Positions 39,768-51,378 are shown, counted from the first letter of the stretch. The stretch is 64,000 nucleotides of DNA from Alphaproteobacteria bacterium (GCA_965261735.1 OZ253470.1:128001-192000); one strand, 5' to 3'. The notes: a model not told the origin generated them from the letters alone. Translations and numbers: made by a program.

Positions 39768-41549
39768 CTAGTCCTTCGGTTGCGCTGGGAGCGCCAAGCG
39801 CACATGAAGCTCTTTGAGGTGGCGCTCCGAAACCGGCGCCGGTGCCCCCATCATGAGGTCCTCGGCGCGCTGGTTCATCGGGAACATGATGACCTCGCGA
39901 ATATTGGGCTCGTCGGCGATCAGCATGACGATACGATCGATGCCCGGCGCGATGCCGCCGTGCGGAGGCGCGCCGTAGCGCATGGCGCCGAGCAATCCGC
40001 CGAAACCCTTCTCGACCTCGTCACGGCCGTACCCGGCAATCTCGAACGCCTTGTACATCACCTCCGGCAAGTGATTGCGTATGGCCCCACTCGACAGTTC
40101 GACGCCGTTGCACACGACGTCATATTGGTGGCTGAGGATGGTCAGCGGGTCCTCGGTCGCGAGCGCTTCGAGCCCGCCCTGAGGCATCGAGAACGGATTG
40201 TGGCTGAACTCGAGGCGGCCGTCGATTTCGTCGCGCTCGTACATGGGAAAGTCGATCACCCAGCAAAAGCGGAAGGTGTCCGCCTCGATCAAATCGAGAT
40301 GCTCGCCGATCCGGGTGCGCGCGCGACCCGCCAGCGACGCCGCGTCGGGCGCCGCGGCGCAGGCGAAGAAGACCGCATCGCCGGTGGCGGCGCCGGTGGC
40401 GCTGCGGATGGCGTCGAGGCGGGCGTCATCGAGCTGCTTGGCGATCGGGCCGCGCGCGCCATCCTCGGCGAACACGATGTAGCCGAGACCGGCCGCGCCC
40501 TCCGCGCGCGCCCACTCGTTCATGCGGTCGAAGAAGCTGCGCGGCTGCGACGCCGCTCCCGGCGCCGGGATGGCGCGCGCCACCGCGCCGCGGGCGATCG
40601 CGGTGGCGAAAATACGAAAATTGGAGCCGCGGAAAGCTTCGGACACGTCGGCGATTTCGATCGGGTTACGCAGGTCCGGCTTGTCGGTGCCGTATTTCAG
40701 CGTCGCCTCCGCGTAGGGAATTCGCGGGAACGGCATCGGCGTGACCCGGCGGCTCGAAAACTCCGCGAATACCCCGTGAAGGACCGGCTCGACCGCCGCG
40801 AACACATCCTCCTGCTCGACGAACGACATTTCCACGTCGAGCTGATAGAACTCGCCGGGAGACCGGTCGGCGCGGGCATCCTCGTCGCGGAAACACGGAG
40901 CGATCTGGAAATAGCGGTCGAAGCCCGCGGCCATCACCAGCTGCTTGAACAATTGCGGGGCCTGCGGCAGGGCGTAGAAGCGGCCCGGATGCAGCCGGCT
41001 CGGCACGAGAAAATCGCGCGCCCCTTCAGGCGAGCTCGCGGTAAGGATCGGCGTTTGAAACTCGTTGAAACCCCGCTCCAGCATGCGCCTGCGAATGCTG
41101 GCGATCACCCGCGAACGCAGCATGATATTGTCGTGCAATCGCTGCCGGCGAAGGTCGAGATAGCGGTAGCGCAACCGAAGGTCCTCGGGATTGGGGTGAT
41201 CGCCGAACACCTGCAGGGGGAGTTCATCGGCCGAGGACAAAATTGCGAGATCGGCAATTCTCACCTCGACCTCGCCTGTCGGAATGGCGGGGTTGATCGT
41301 GTCCTCGCTACGCAGAACGAGGCCGCCCGTCACCGTAATCACGCTCTCGGGGCTCGCCGCGTCGAGCTGGTCGAACACCGTGCCGCCCGCCTCGGCCACA
41401 CATTGGGTCACGCCATAATGGTCTCGGAGGTCGACGAAAAGGAGGCCGCCGTGGTCGCGCTTGCGGTGCACCCAGCCCGACAGCCGCACGTCCTCGCCCA
41501 CCGAGTCCCGGCGCAGCTCGCCACAAGTATGGGTTCGATATTTGCGCAT
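39768..41549 (-). CDS. aspS: Aspartate--tRNA ligase, probably non-discriminating
   Basis: [31 protein letters not shown] and PPHGG-A-GIDR motifs; His in RDHGG is associated with the non-discriminating type. Confidence 0.96.
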   Translation of the reverse strand: MRKYRTHTCGELRRDSVGEDVRLSGWVHRKRDHGGLLFVDLRDHYGVTQCVAEAGGTVFDQLDAASPESVITVTGGLVLRSEDTINPAIPTGEVEVRIADLAILSSADELPLQVFGDHPNPEDLRLRYRYLDLRRQRLHDNIMLRSRVIASIRRRMLERGFNEFQTPILTASSPEGARDFLVPSRLHPGRFYALPQAPQLFKQLVMAAGFDRYFQIAPCFRDEDARADRSPGEFYQLDVEMSFVEQEDVFAAVEPVLHGVFAEFSSRRVTPMPFPRIPYAEATLKYGTDKPDLRNPIEIADVSEAFRGSNFRIFATAIARGAVARAIPAPGAASQPRSFFDRMNEWARAEGAAGLGYIVFAEDGARGPIAKQLDDARLDAIRSATGAATGDAVFFACAAAPDAASLAGRARTRIGEHLDLIEADTFRFCWVIDFPMYERDEIDGRLEFSHNPFSMPQGGLEALATEDPLTILSHQYDVVCNGVELSSGAIRNHLPEVMYKAFEIAGYGRDEVEKGFGGLLGAMRYGAPPHGGIAPGIDRIVMLIADEPNIREVIMFPMNQRAEDLMMGAPAPVSERHLKELHVRLALPAQPKD

Positions 41550-41671
41550 GCCCCGCCCTCGGCCGTCGCGCCGGCCGCGGGCCGGACCGCACAACGGCAC
41601 GTTCGGCCACGGCTTGTCAAGCGCTTGTCGGTGCGGCAGCGCCGGACTTGGCGCGCCGGGCGCGGACCGCG

Positions 41672-42847
41672 ATGAAGATCGTTACCGAGAGCGCGGAATT
41701 GGCCGCGCTATGCCCGGCATTCGCGGCCTCGCCCTACGTCGCCGTCGACACCGAGTTCATGCGCGAGACGACGTATTGGCCCAAGCTCTGCTTCGTACAG
41801 CTCGCCGCGGGGGGCCAGACGGCGGCCATCGATACGCTCGCCGAGGGTCTTGTTCTGGACCCGCTCTTCGACCTGATGCGTGCCACAGAGACGCTCAAGG
41901 TCTTTCATGCCGGGCGCCAGGACCTCGAGATTTTCCATCACCTGGGAGGCGTCATTCCGACGCCCCTGTTCGACACCCAGGTCGCGGCGATGGTCTGCGG
42001 GTTCGGCGACTCGGTGGCTTATGATCGGCTCGTCGCCAAGCTCGTTGGCGCGCGCATCGACAAGACCTCGCGCTACTCCGACTGGTCGCGACGCCCGCTC
42101 ACCGAGCGGCAGGTCCGCTATGCGCTCGACGACGTCGTCCATCTCGGCGCCGTTTATGAGACGCTCGCCCGGCAGCTCGAGTCCTCGGGCCGGACACGAT
42201 GGCTCGATGAGGAGATGGCCGTGCTGAGCGATCCCGCGACCTACGAGGCCCCGCCCGACGCCGCGTGGCGGCGCATCAAGGCGCGCAACACGAGCCCGCG
42301 CTTCCTTGCCGTGCTGCGCGAGGTCGCGGCATGGCGCGAGATCGAGGCGCAGACTCGCGACGTCCCGCGCAACCGAGTCCTGCGCGACGAGGCCTTGCTT
42401 GAGATTGCCGGCACGGTCCCGCGGACGAATGATGCGCTCGAACGCATCCGCGCGGTGCCGGGCCGTTTCGCCGCCGGCGAGCGGGCCAAGCCCCTGCTCG
42501 CCGCGATCGCGCGCGGCGCCGAGGCAACCGACGAGGAGCTCCCCCACTCCGAGCGCAGGCCCGCGCTTCCCGGGGGCCTCGGTCCCCTCGTCGATCTCCT
42601 CAAGGTGTTGCTCAAGACCAAGTGCGAGGCTAACGACGTTGCCCAGAAGTTGGTCGCGAACACCGCCGACCTCGAGCGCATCGCCGCCGAGGCCCACGCC
42701 GACGTGCCGGCGCTTAAGGGCTGGCGGAACGAGCTATTCGGGCGCGACGCCCTGGCGCTGAAGGCCGGCCGGCTCGCGTTGGCCGCCGACCGCCGCGGTG
42801 TGCGGCTCGTCACCGTCGACGGAGCGGGCCGCGCGCCCAAAAACTAG
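41672..42847 (+). CDS. rnd: Ribonuclease D
   Basis: VDTEF, FHAGRQD, FDTQ, DWSRRPL and YALDDV motifs; HRDC region. Confidence 0.95.
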   Translation: MKIVTESAELAALCPAFAASPYVAVDTEFMRETTYWPKLCFVQLAAGGQTAAIDTLAEGLVLDPLFDLMRATETLKVFHAGRQDLEIFHHLGGVIPTPLFDTQVAAMVCGFGDSVAYDRLVAKLVGARIDKTSRYSDWSRRPLTERQVRYALDDVVHLGAVYETLARQLESSGRTRWLDEEMAVLSDPATYEAPPDAAWRRIKARNTSPRFLAVLREVAAWREIEAQTRDVPRNRVLRDEALLEIAGTVPRTNDALERIRAVPGRFAAGERAKPLLAAIARGAEATDEELPHSERRPALPGGLGPLVDLLKVLLKTKCEANDVAQKLVANTADLERIAAEAHADVPALKGWRNELFGRDALALKAGRLALAADRRGVRLVTVDGAGRAPKN

Positions 42848-44382
42848 GTGTTCGTGGGCCCGACCATGGCGGCGCTCATGCCCGCGACTTCGACGTGCGC
42901 CGACTTGCCCACGGCCTCTGCGAGCTTGTCGAGGCGGCGGCGCACGACCTCACCCATCAGGTCGCGGCCGTCGGGCGATAGCCGCAACGTGAGTCGATCG
43001 CCGGTACACTCCAGCGCTACGTTGGCGAGGGCTTGCGCCGAGGGTGGAATCAGCGTGTGGGCGAGCCGCAGGGCGATGCCGATCTTGCGCGCCTCTTCGG
43101 CGGAAGCATCCGTGATCAAGCCATTGACCCGGGCCGCCGCGGCTCCGACGATGCCGCCGTCATAGCGCGCATGCACTGCTAGCCCGACGAACACCCGGCC
43201 GGGGTGATCGATACCGGCCAGGGGCGCGCTCAGGACGTGCTGCAGGGCCTCCTCGGCTCGGTAGTCGGACTGGGCGCGCCAGGCAATGTCGCTGAGGATA
43301 CAGGCCGCATGGCGAAGGCGTGCGGCGGCGGCGCTCTCGCCGGAAAAGAGGGGCGCCGTCCAATCCCTGAGGACCGAGCCGTGCTCCCGCAACCGCCCGG
43401 CCCAGGCGACCAGCCCGAGACAGCCCTCGATCAGCGGATCCTGGCGTTGGACCGCCAGGGGTAAGCGGTCGTAGACGAGGCCTTCGCGAAGCCCGTGGGC
43501 CGAGAACACGACGCGGTCGGGCTTGCCGAGGTCGAGCAATCGAACGAGTGTGAGCGCGCCGAGCGGTAGGACATCACGGCGTTTGCGCGGGATACCGTTC
43601 CGCCGTGCGGCGTCCGGGCTGTCGAGCCCGGAGATATCGTCCGCCAACGCACGGATCTCGGCCCGCGGCAGCATGTAGTGGTGGAGCACCCGCAACGGGT
43701 AGTCGCGTTCCGCGATATGCAGCCGGGCCAGGGCGCGCCAAGCGCCGCCAACGGCATAAAACGCCCGCCCCTCGAGATCGGCGAGCCAGGGGACCTCGTG
43801 GAGCGCCGCATCGATGGTCGCTCGGGCGGCTCGCGCATCGCCCGTCCTCTTGAGGCGGAGCGGTCCGAGCGGCAGGGTTGCACCGGCGCCAGGCACGCCG
43901 TGGTCGAGGGCGACCAGCTCGACGCTGCCGCCGCCGATATCGCCCATGACGCCATCGGCGTCAGGAATGCCCGAGATGACGCCGAGGGCGGCCAGGCGGC
44001 CCTCCTCCTCGCCCGACAGTACGCGCACCTGGAGGCCGCACACGTCGGCGATCGAGGCGACGAAGTCGGCGCCGTCCACGGCCTCGCGTACCGCCGCCGT
44101 CGCCACCACGTCGACCAGCTCGACCTTCATGGCACCGGCCAGCGCCACGTAGCGCTTGAGCGTGGCCCGGGCGAGGCGCGTGCCGTCGGGATCGAGCCGG
44201 CCGGTGACCGGCAGGCCGCGGCCGAGCCCGCACAGCACGCTCTCATTGAATATCGGCGCCGGTGCCCGGCTCAGTCCGTCGTGCGTGACCATGCGCACCG
44301 AGTTCGACCCGATATCGATGATCGCAACCGGACCGCTCGTGGCGTCCGGCCCGGGCTGGAGGCCGCCGGTTTGAGCCACCAT
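42844..44382 (-). CDS. ppx: Exopolyphosphatase, Ppx/GppA family
   Basis: IDIGSNSVR, ATAAVR, DIGGGSVE and GLREG motifs. Confidence 0.92.
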   Translation of the reverse strand: MVAQTGGLQPGPDATSGPVAIIDIGSNSVRMVTHDGLSRAPAPIFNESVLCGLGRGLPVTGRLDPDGTRLARATLKRYVALAGAMKVELVDVVATAAVREAVDGADFVASIADVCGLQVRVLSGEEEGRLAALGVISGIPDADGVMGDIGGGSVELVALDHGVPGAGATLPLGPLRLKRTGDARAARATIDAALHEVPWLADLEGRAFYAVGGAWRALARLHIAERDYPLRVLHHYMLPRAEIRALADDISGLDSPDAARRNGIPRKRRDVLPLGALTLVRLLDLGKPDRVVFSAHGLREGLVYDRLPLAVQRQDPLIEGCLGLVAWAGRLREHGSVLRDWTAPLFSGESAAAARLRHAACILSDIAWRAQSDYRAEEALQHVLSAPLAGIDHPGRVFVGLAVHARYDGGIVGAAAARVNGLITDASAEEARKIGIALRLAHTLIPPSAQALANVALECTGDRLTLRLSPDGRDLMGEVVRRRLDKLAEAVGKSAHVEVAGMSAAMVGPTNT

Positions 44383-44384
44383 GT

Positions 44385-46538
44385 CTACGGGTTGTGGTGG
44401 ACGAGCTCCGGCCCCGAGGCAGCCCTCAGAGCCTTTCCCCGCCCCGACAGGCTCGGGTTGGTCATAAAGAACTCATACGCGCTAAAGGCGTCGGCCCCTT
44501 GCGGCGCGCGCCGGTAGGTGCCGTCGGACCGTAGCTGCCAAGACTGTGTTTCATCCCTGAGATTACACACCATTATTTGGTCGAGGACCTGCTCGTGCAC
44601 CGTCGGGTTGGCGATCGGAACCATTGTCTCGACGCGCCAGTCGAAATTGCGCGGCATCCAGTCGGCCGAGGTGATGTAGACCTTGGCGTCGGGTGAGGGC
44701 AGGCCGTGGCCGGCGCCGAAGCATAGGATGCGGGAATGTTCGAGAAACCGGCCGACCATGCTTTTGATGCGGATGTTTTCCGATAGACCCGGCACGCCGG
44801 CGCGCAGGCAGCAGATACCGCGCACGACCAGATCCACCGACACACCCGCCTGCGAGGCGCGGTACAGCGCATCGATGGCCTCGGGGTCGACGAGGGCATT
44901 CATTTTCGCCCAGACCGCGGCCGGGCGGCCGGCGCGCGCGTGGGCGATCTCGTCGCCGATCAGCCCGAGGACCGTGGCGCGCAGGTCGCTCGGTGAAACC
45001 ACGAGCGATTCGTAGCGCTCGGGCTCGGCGTAGCCGGTGAGGTAGTTGAACAGGCGCATGGCGTCACGGCCCAGCGCCGAATCGGCCGTGAAGAAAGAAA
45101 GGTCGGTATAGATCTTGGCGGTGACCGGGTGGTAGTTCCCGGTGCCGAAGTGGACGTAGGAGCGTACCGCGTTGCCCTCGCGCCGGACCACGAGCGAGAC
45201 TTTGGCATGGGTCTTGAGGTTCATGAAGCCGTAGACCACCTGCACGCCCGAGCGTTCCATGTCCCGGGCCCAGCGGATGTTGGCTTCCTCGTCGAAGCGC
45301 GCCTTGAGCTCGACCAGCGCGGTCACCGACTTGCCTGCGTCGGCGGCTGCGATCAGCGCCCTCACGATGGGCGAATCCTCGCTCGTGCGATAGAGCGTCT
45401 GCTTGATCGCCAGCACGTCCGGATCGGCCGCGGCCTGACGAATGAACTGCACCACGACGTCGAAACTCTCGTAGGGGTGATGGACGATAATGTCCTTGTT
45501 GCGAATCGCCGCCAGGCAGTCGCCGCCAAAATCGCGAATGCGCTCCGGGAAGCGCGGCGGATAGGGCGTGAATTTGAGGTCCGGGCGGTCGTCGACGAGG
45601 AGCTGATCGGTGTCGACGAGACCGACGATGCCGTCGACGACGACGATCATCGAGTCGGCGACCTCGAGTCGCTCGGCGACAAAGCGCAGCAGGTCCTGGG
45701 GCATCGCCGCGTCGACCTTGAGGCGAATGACGCGCCCGAGGCGGCGGCGCTTGAGCGCGGATTCGAAGAACCGCACCAGGTCGTCGGCCTCTTCCTCGAC
45801 CTCGATGTCGCTATCGCGCAGGACACGGAATTGTCCGCGGCCGACGACCTCGTACCCGGGGAACAGACGGTCGACGAACAGCTCGATCGTGTCCTCAACG
45901 GACAGAAATCGAATACGCTCGCCGGGGAGGCGCACGAATCTATCGACCTGCGGCGGCAGCCGGAGCAGCGCGTTCATCGCCCGCCCGTCGGCGTGGCGGC
46001 GCAGCTCGAGGACGAGCCCGGAGCCGAGATTGGGTATGAAGGGGAACGGGTGTGCCGGGTCTACGGCAATCGGCGTCAACACCGGGAAGATGTGCTCGAG
46101 AAACCGGTTCTCAAGCCATGCCCGCTCGCTCTTCGTCACCTCCTCGACGCCGATCACGGCGATGCCCGCCGCACGTAACTCGCGCCGCACCGTGCGCCAG
46201 GTATCTTGCTGCCGTTTCGTCAGCGCTTTCGCCCCCTCGACAACGCGGTCGAGTTGCTGCGCGGGCGAGAGCCCGTCCTGGCTCACTTCCTCGATGCCCG
46301 CCATCACCTGTTGGCGCAGGCCGGCGACCCGCACCATGTAGAACTCGTCGAGGTTGAACGCCGAAATCGACAGAAATCGGACGCGCTCAAGCAGCGGGTG
46401 GGCCGTGTTATCGGCCTCCTCGAGGACACGCTCGTTGAACGACAGCCAGGACAGCTCGCGGTTGATGAACCGGCGGCTGTCGGTAATGCCGATGGTCTCG
46501 ACTGCCGACCCCCGGGCGGGGTCAGGAGTGTTCACCAC
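44385..46538 (-). CDS. ppk1: Polyphosphate kinase 1
   Basis: [34 protein letters not shown] and LEHSR motifs. Confidence 0.96.
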   Translation of the reverse strand: MVNTPDPARGSAVETIGITDSRRFINRELSWLSFNERVLEEADNTAHPLLERVRFLSISAFNLDEFYMVRVAGLRQQVMAGIEEVSQDGLSPAQQLDRVVEGAKALTKRQQDTWRTVRRELRAAGIAVIGVEEVTKSERAWLENRFLEHIFPVLTPIAVDPAHPFPFIPNLGSGLVLELRRHADGRAMNALLRLPPQVDRFVRLPGERIRFLSVEDTIELFVDRLFPGYEVVGRGQFRVLRDSDIEVEEEADDLVRFFESALKRRRLGRVIRLKVDAAMPQDLLRFVAERLEVADSMIVVVDGIVGLVDTDQLLVDDRPDLKFTPYPPRFPERIRDFGGDCLAAIRNKDIIVHHPYESFDVVVQFIRQAAADPDVLAIKQTLYRTSEDSPIVRALIAAADAGKSVTALVELKARFDEEANIRWARDMERSGVQVVYGFMNLKTHAKVSLVVRREGNAVRSYVHFGTGNYHPVTAKIYTDLSFFTADSALGRDAMRLFNYLTGYAEPERYESLVVSPSDLRATVLGLIGDEIAHARAGRPAAVWAKMNALVDPEAIDALYRASQAGVSVDLVVRGICCLRAGVPGLSENIRIKSMVGRFLEHSRILCFGAGHGLPSPDAKVYITSADWMPRNFDWRVETMVPIANPTVHEQVLDQIMVCNLRDETQSWQLRSDGTYRRAPQGADAFSAYEFFMTNPSLSGRGKALRAASGPELVHHNP

Positions 46539-47357
46539 GGGTTCCCTCGTTCATACACCGTTCGGCAGCGGTCGCGCCGGCGCACGCTACAACAGAACGA
46601 AACCAGTGTCATGACGCGGCGCCGGCGGGTACTGGCCTAATTCGGCCACTCATGGCTGACCGCCCTTGATTACCGTGAACCGTCCGACCTTCCGACCTTG
46701 CGGCTCAGGCAGCGTGCCATCGAGCGCCGCGTCCAACAACTCGCCAATCGTCCAGATATGGTCGGTCACGTCCAAGGCCATTGCGGGCGTGATCCGCCAG
46801 GGCCTGGTGGACCCGTCAGAGATTGTAGTGCGCCACGTAGAGGCTCACGGCTGCCGCGTGGTTCTCTAGCTTCTTGGAGAAGCCGTTGCTGAGGCGGGCA
46901 AAACGCTTCTGGCCCATGCGGAGGGTGAGATTCTGGCGCTCGACGTAGGACGTTGCAATGTGCCGGGGGAAGCCGACTACCCGCTGGCGGCTTACGGCTA
47001 CTACTACGGCTGGGGAGTAGCGTCGGGCTGCCTCTAGGCCGGGGTCTGTCGCGTAGTGCTTTTCGATGGTGCCGAACCGGCAATCGTTTCCGAATGCCCG
47101 CTCGACAGCATCCGGATAGGCTGAGAACGCATCGGAGGAAATCTCTGGCGCGCCCAGCACCCGGTCCCGCAGGTCCGCCAGGAAGGCACGGGTGTTCTCG
47201 CCGTTCCGCTTGCCGACGCGGTAGCTCACGATGGCCTTCGCGCTATCGGCCAGGGCAATGAAACCCGCATTTCCCAGGTAGCTCATCTATTTGATGCCGT
47301 TTCCACTTGATTTTGTTATAAGAATCATAGGTTTAGGCTAGATAGAGGGTGGATCGC

Positions 47358-48705
47358 ATGCGGAACCCGGAGGGTGAATCGGATCGGCGGCCTCTGCGGC
47401 CTTGTTTAGACCGTCGCCTGAAGCTGGAGTTCCACGGTTCACGGGTCACGTCGGACGCCGGTCTGCTCGCCTATCGGGAACTCGATGATATCCTTGGCCT
47501 CACCGCCCTGGCGAGCAATGTCCTGGCTGACAGCCGGACGGGCAAGAACGGCTGGCACGACGTTGTCGGACTGCTGCGTCAGTCCGTCTATGGACGTCTC
47601 GCCGGATATGAGGACGTGAACGACGCCGACCGGTTGGGGCGCGATCCTGCGATGCGGTGGATCGTCGGCGGAAAGGCCGTCGAGCGCGGCGGCGCATCGA
47701 CCAGCCAGATGAGCCGCTTGGAGACCGAGTTGCTGTCCAAGGACGAGAACCTCACCTCCCTTGCCGACCTGTCCGGGCTTTGGATCGACCGGGTTCACGA
47801 CCGCCGGCCGCCGGTCAAGATCATTCTCGATATGGATTCCAGCGTCAGCCCGACCTACGGTGACCAGGAGGGCACGGCCTACAACGGTCACTTTGGCTGC
47901 ACCTGTTATCATCCCCTGTTCCTGTTCAATCAGTTTGGCGACCTGGAGCGATGTCGCCTACGTCCCGGCAACGTTCACAGTGCCGATGGATGGCGCGACG
48001 TTCTGGAGCCGGTGGTAGAACGCTACAAGGCCACGAAGGTTCGGCTCTATTTTCGCGGTGACGCGGCGTTTGCCTCGCCGGACATTTACGAATACCTCGA
48101 AGCCGAGGGCTTTCTGTATGCGATCCGCCTTCCGGCCGACACGGTTCTCCAGGAAAGCATCGCCCACCTGTTGACCCGGCCCGTTGGTCGGCCGCCCAAC
48201 CATGTTCGCCGCTACTACACCAACTTCAGCTATCAGGCCGGTTCGTGGAACAAGAAACGTCGTGTGGTTGCCAAGGTCGAATGGCATCCCGGCGAACTGT
48301 ACCCCCGCGTCGGCTTCATCGTCACCAACCTGAGTCGTCCTGCCGAGCGGGTGGTTGCGTTCTACAATCAGCGCGGCACCGCCGAGCAATGGATCAAGGA
48401 AGGCAAGAACGCCATCAAGTGGACGCTTGTCCTGCCGCAAGTTCGACCACAATGCCGTCCGGCTCCAGCTGCATGCACTGGCCTATAACCTCGGCAACTT
48501 CATGCGCACCCTGGCGTTGCCCGATTCCGTGGAGCAGTGGTCGCTGACGACGCTGCGGGAGAAGCTGATCAAGATCGGCGCGAAGATCGTCCGCCACGGC
48601 CGCTACGTCATCTTCCAGATGGCCGAGGTCGCCATCCCGAGAGACCTCTTCGCCGACATCCTGCGCCGCATCGACCGGCTCAGACCGACGCGCACTCCGG
48701 CATGA
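47358..48705 (+). pseudogene. IS1380-family transposase, frameshifted ~48426
   Basis: TSDAGLL, LDMDS, YHPL, RGDAAF and YNQRG-AEQWIKEGK; C-terminus (NAVRLQLHALAYNL) is in another frame. Confidence 0.88.
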
Positions 48706-48919
48706 CCGACGGCATCCCGCTCATCCACGCAGACGACAGGATCGGTGCATCTGGTATGCAGCAGAAGAGTCCGTTTGCCCCGCCACCCCCGCCAATTGTC
48801 CCTCCATCCGATGGAATCGGATTACAGGCGGCCGCAGGACGCAAGCCAGTTGCAATGCGAGCGGTTCCGAGTCACGATCAACTCGCCGATGAGGTGTCCG
48901 AAGGAGCGGTTGGGTGAGC

Positions 48920-49669
48920 ATGTATGAGAAGCTTTCTGAAAGACTGATGGCTGCTCTGCATATGGCGGTACCGCCGGTGGCGGTCAGTTTTCCAAGCCGA
49001 GCACCGTCGGCGATGGCCAGGCCGGCAACCCCGGTAGCGGCTGGCTGTGCATTCTGGGAGCAAGGGGCAAATCGAGCGGTAACTACTACCGCGAGTGACC
49101 ATCGCTTCTGCTCTATCGGGATACACACCCATAACATCGCTGGAGCACCCGACTCCCAAGCGGGCGAACTGCAGGATGCGCTCGCGGCCATGCAGGGCTT
49201 GGACTATGTGCGGCCCGACGAGGTTGCAGCCCTTCCGGTTATGAAGAATTCGGTATCCTATGTTGTCTATTGCCCCTTGGGAGAGATGGCAGAGCAACCC
49301 CAGGTAGTGCTGCTGTTTGCACATTCCGCCCAGGGCTTGGTGTTATCCGAGGCATTGGCGCGGGTGGACGGCGCCGTGCCAATCGCCATGGGGAGACCTG
49401 CCTGTGCACTGATTCCCCAGGTTGCAAACAGTGCACGCTCGGCCGCGAGCTTGGGCTGCTGCGGCGCCCGAGCGTATCTCGACGTACTGAGTGATGATGT
49501 GGCAATGTGGGGTCTGCATGGTGGAAAGATCGAGCAGTATGTCTCGGAGATCGAGACCCTAGCCAAGGCTAACGCGATACTCACTCAGTTCCACGAACGA
49601 CGGCGCAGCGACATAGAGTCAGGCGAGTTGCCAAGTGTCGCCGAGTCCTTGTCCCGCCTGCCCGGTTAG
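48920..49669 (+). CDS. DUF169-like Cys-rich protein (cargo)
   Basis: PPVAV, GC-FW, FCSIG, P-VVL, GRPAC and SLGCCGAR motifs; lower GC than flanking core genes. Confidence 0.75.
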   Translation: MYEKLSERLMAALHMAVPPVAVSFPSRAPSAMARPATPVAAGCAFWEQGANRAVTTTASDHRFCSIGIHTHNIAGAPDSQAGELQDALAAMQGLDYVRPDEVAALPVMKNSVSYVVYCPLGEMAEQPQVVLLFAHSAQGLVLSEALARVDGAVPIAMGRPACALIPQVANSARSAASLGCCGARAYLDVLSDDVAMWGLHGGKIEQYVSEIETLAKANAILTQFHERRRSDIESGELPSVAESLSRLPG

Positions 49670-49705
49670 CCTCTTCTAAAGCGGATACGCGAGGCCATCC
49701 CCGTT

Positions 49706-49989
49706 ATGAAGGTTGTCCTGATCAACCCGTATGAGCTGGGCCGCCAACCCTTCGCCCTCGCGCAGCCGGCAGCGTGGCTCAAGGAAGCGGGTCACCAGGT
49801 GTGCTGCCTCGAGCTGTCCTTGCAGCAGTTAGACGATGTTGCACTGGGCCATGCCGAGCTTGTTGCCGTATACGTAGGCATGCATACAGCAGCTCGTATT
49901 GCCGCGGAGGCTTTGCCCCGCATCCGCGCGCTTGCGCCCCAGGCGCACGTTAGCGTCTACGGTCTATATGCTCCGATGAACGATGGTCT
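49706..49989 (+). pseudogene. 5' fragment of a B12-binding radical SAM protein, truncated by IS3
   Basis: YELGRQPF-LA-PAAWL...MHTA-R...YGLYAP-N resembles, from recollection, the N-terminus of CUAEP/CCAEP-tail radical SAM proteins; cut at 49990. Confidence 0.65.
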
Positions 49990-50215
49990 TGGAGTGACCC
50001 CCTAAAAGTGGTCCAGATTTGTTAAGAGAGTTTGGCGCATTTTGCCCCCTCGAAAGGAGGACAAAATGAGCCGTAAACGCTACACCCCAGAACAGATTAT
50101 CAGCATGTTGCGCGAAGCCGAGGTGGCCTTGGCGCAGGGCCAGTCCGTTGGTCAAGCTTGTCGCACGCTCGGCGTATCGGAGCAGAGTTACTATCGCTAG
50201 CGCAAGGAATATGGC
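49990..50215 (+). mobile_element. IS3-family left-end fragment
   Basis: TG-starting IR TGGAGTGACCCCCTAAAAGTGGTCCA; orfA MSRKRYTPEQIISMLREAEV...GVSEQSYYR*RKEYG (50066-50215) has W->TAG and is truncated. Confidence 0.85.
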
Positions 50216-50493
50216 TGAAAACGTACTGGTCGCCGACGTTCGCGCCGTCCTCTGGCTTCACCATGCGCTGCTTCTTGGCGACGTAGGACCAGGCTTCGTC
50301 TAGTTCGATCCGGTTGACGTGAAGATCGCGCATCATCGCGTCATGGAGCTTGGCGCAACCAGCGCCGACGCTCGCGCCAAGTCGCATGATGGTGCCCCGG
50401 TTCGCGCCCGTCAGGCGCTCGGTGGCGCGAATGGAGCATCCCTCAGATAGTGCGGCGATTGCCGCCACCTGGCAGTCAAAAGGGAGAACGTTC

Positions 50494-51066
50494 CTTGCCT
50501 ATCCGGTTTACACCCACACCCACTAGGGCTAGAATGGGCGCAACCCGGATATAGGGGAGCGCGCCATGGATGTTCTCGACCGCGCCGATCTCCCATTCCC
50601 GCATTCGCTACCCGAGTTCCAGCGACTTTTCCCCGATGATGCGGCCTGCGCCGCCTACCTGGAGAAAGCCCGCTGGGGAGACGGCTTTGCCTGCCCGCAC
50701 TGCGGCACGGCGGGAGAGCCGTTCCACTTTGAAAACCGCCCTGGCGTCCTGCGCTGCCGCAAGTGCCGCCAGAACACCGGGCTGACGGTGGGAACAGTGA
50801 TGGAGCGTAGCCACACTCCGCTGAACGTCTGGTTCTGGGCCGCTTATCTGGTCGCCAGTCAGACGCCCGGCATGTCCGCCGTGCAGTTTCAGCGGCAACT
50901 TGGTCTTTCGCGCTACGAGACGGCCTTTCAAATTCTCCACAAGCTCCGCTCGGGCATGGTGCGGCCCAACCAAGACAGGATCGGTGGACAGCCCAAGAAC
51001 CATGTTGAGGTGGACGAAACCTGGGTTGGCGGGCGAACGCGTGGGGAAGGCCGTGGTGTTCACCAC
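50494..51066 (+). mobile_element. Truncated second copy of the IS1595 element
   Basis: Left IR CTTGCCTATCCGGTTTACACCC; transposase segment near-identical to the copy at 34394-39646; breaks after GVHH. Confidence 0.9.
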
Positions 51067-51378
51067 TATGATTCGCTTGAAGAAGAGCAAGAGGAGCCGA
51101 GTGAGGGGATGGTGGCTGTCACACCTGCGCTAAACAGCGATGAGCGTCTCCCTACTCAGGGAAAGGCACGGCACATACCGCTGTCAAGGCCGGGCGAGCG
51201 CACGCTGTTCTCATACAACTTCGAACCCTCGGGAAGCCTGAGGTTGGTCGTGGACGCGAGCGTTGATGTGGAGCAAGCGCTGCATGTCGTGGAGACGCTG
51301 GTCAAGGTGAAGCGAGAGGAACTCAAACTGATCAGTGAGCTAGCGGCTACACGACGGTCTGAGTCTGAACCAGAGTAG
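50566..51378 (+). CDS. Chimeric ORF: IS1595 transposase N-terminus fused in frame to an unrelated passenger-gene C-terminus
   Basis: The first 167 codons match the IS1595 transposase; the remainder (YDSLEEEQ...SEPE) is unrelated and lower in GC. Confidence 0.6.
   Translation: MDVLDRADLPFPHSLPEFQRLFPDDAACAAYLEKARWGDGFACPHCGTAGEPFHFENRPGVLRCRKCRQNTGLTVGTVMERSHTPLNVWFWAAYLVASQTPGMSAVQFQRQLGLSRYETAFQILHKLRSGMVRPNQDRIGGQPKNHVEVDETWVGGRTRGEGRGVHHYDSLEEEQEEPSEGMVAVTPALNSDERLPTQGKARHIPLSRPGERTLFSYNFEPSGSLRLVVDASVDVEQALHVVETLVKVKREELKLISELAATRRSESEPE

Larger units (their letters stand above)
47264..50215 (+). mobile_element. IS1380-family transposition unit carrying captured downstream DNA
   Basis: Starts CCCGCATTTCCCAGG, ends GGAATATGGC; 5-bp TSD TGAAA at 47259-47263 and 50216-50220. 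Confidence 0.8.
46650..50493 (-). pseudogene. IS1-family transposase (HTH plus DDE), split and decayed
   Basis: N-part 50493-50216 (EGCSIRATERLTG, ELDEAWSYV) rejoins in frame with C-part 47263-46650 (SSD, TSYVERQNLTLR, YNL). It carries a nonsense codon at ~46816 and a frameshift, and its ATG is cut by IS1595. Confidence 0.85.
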
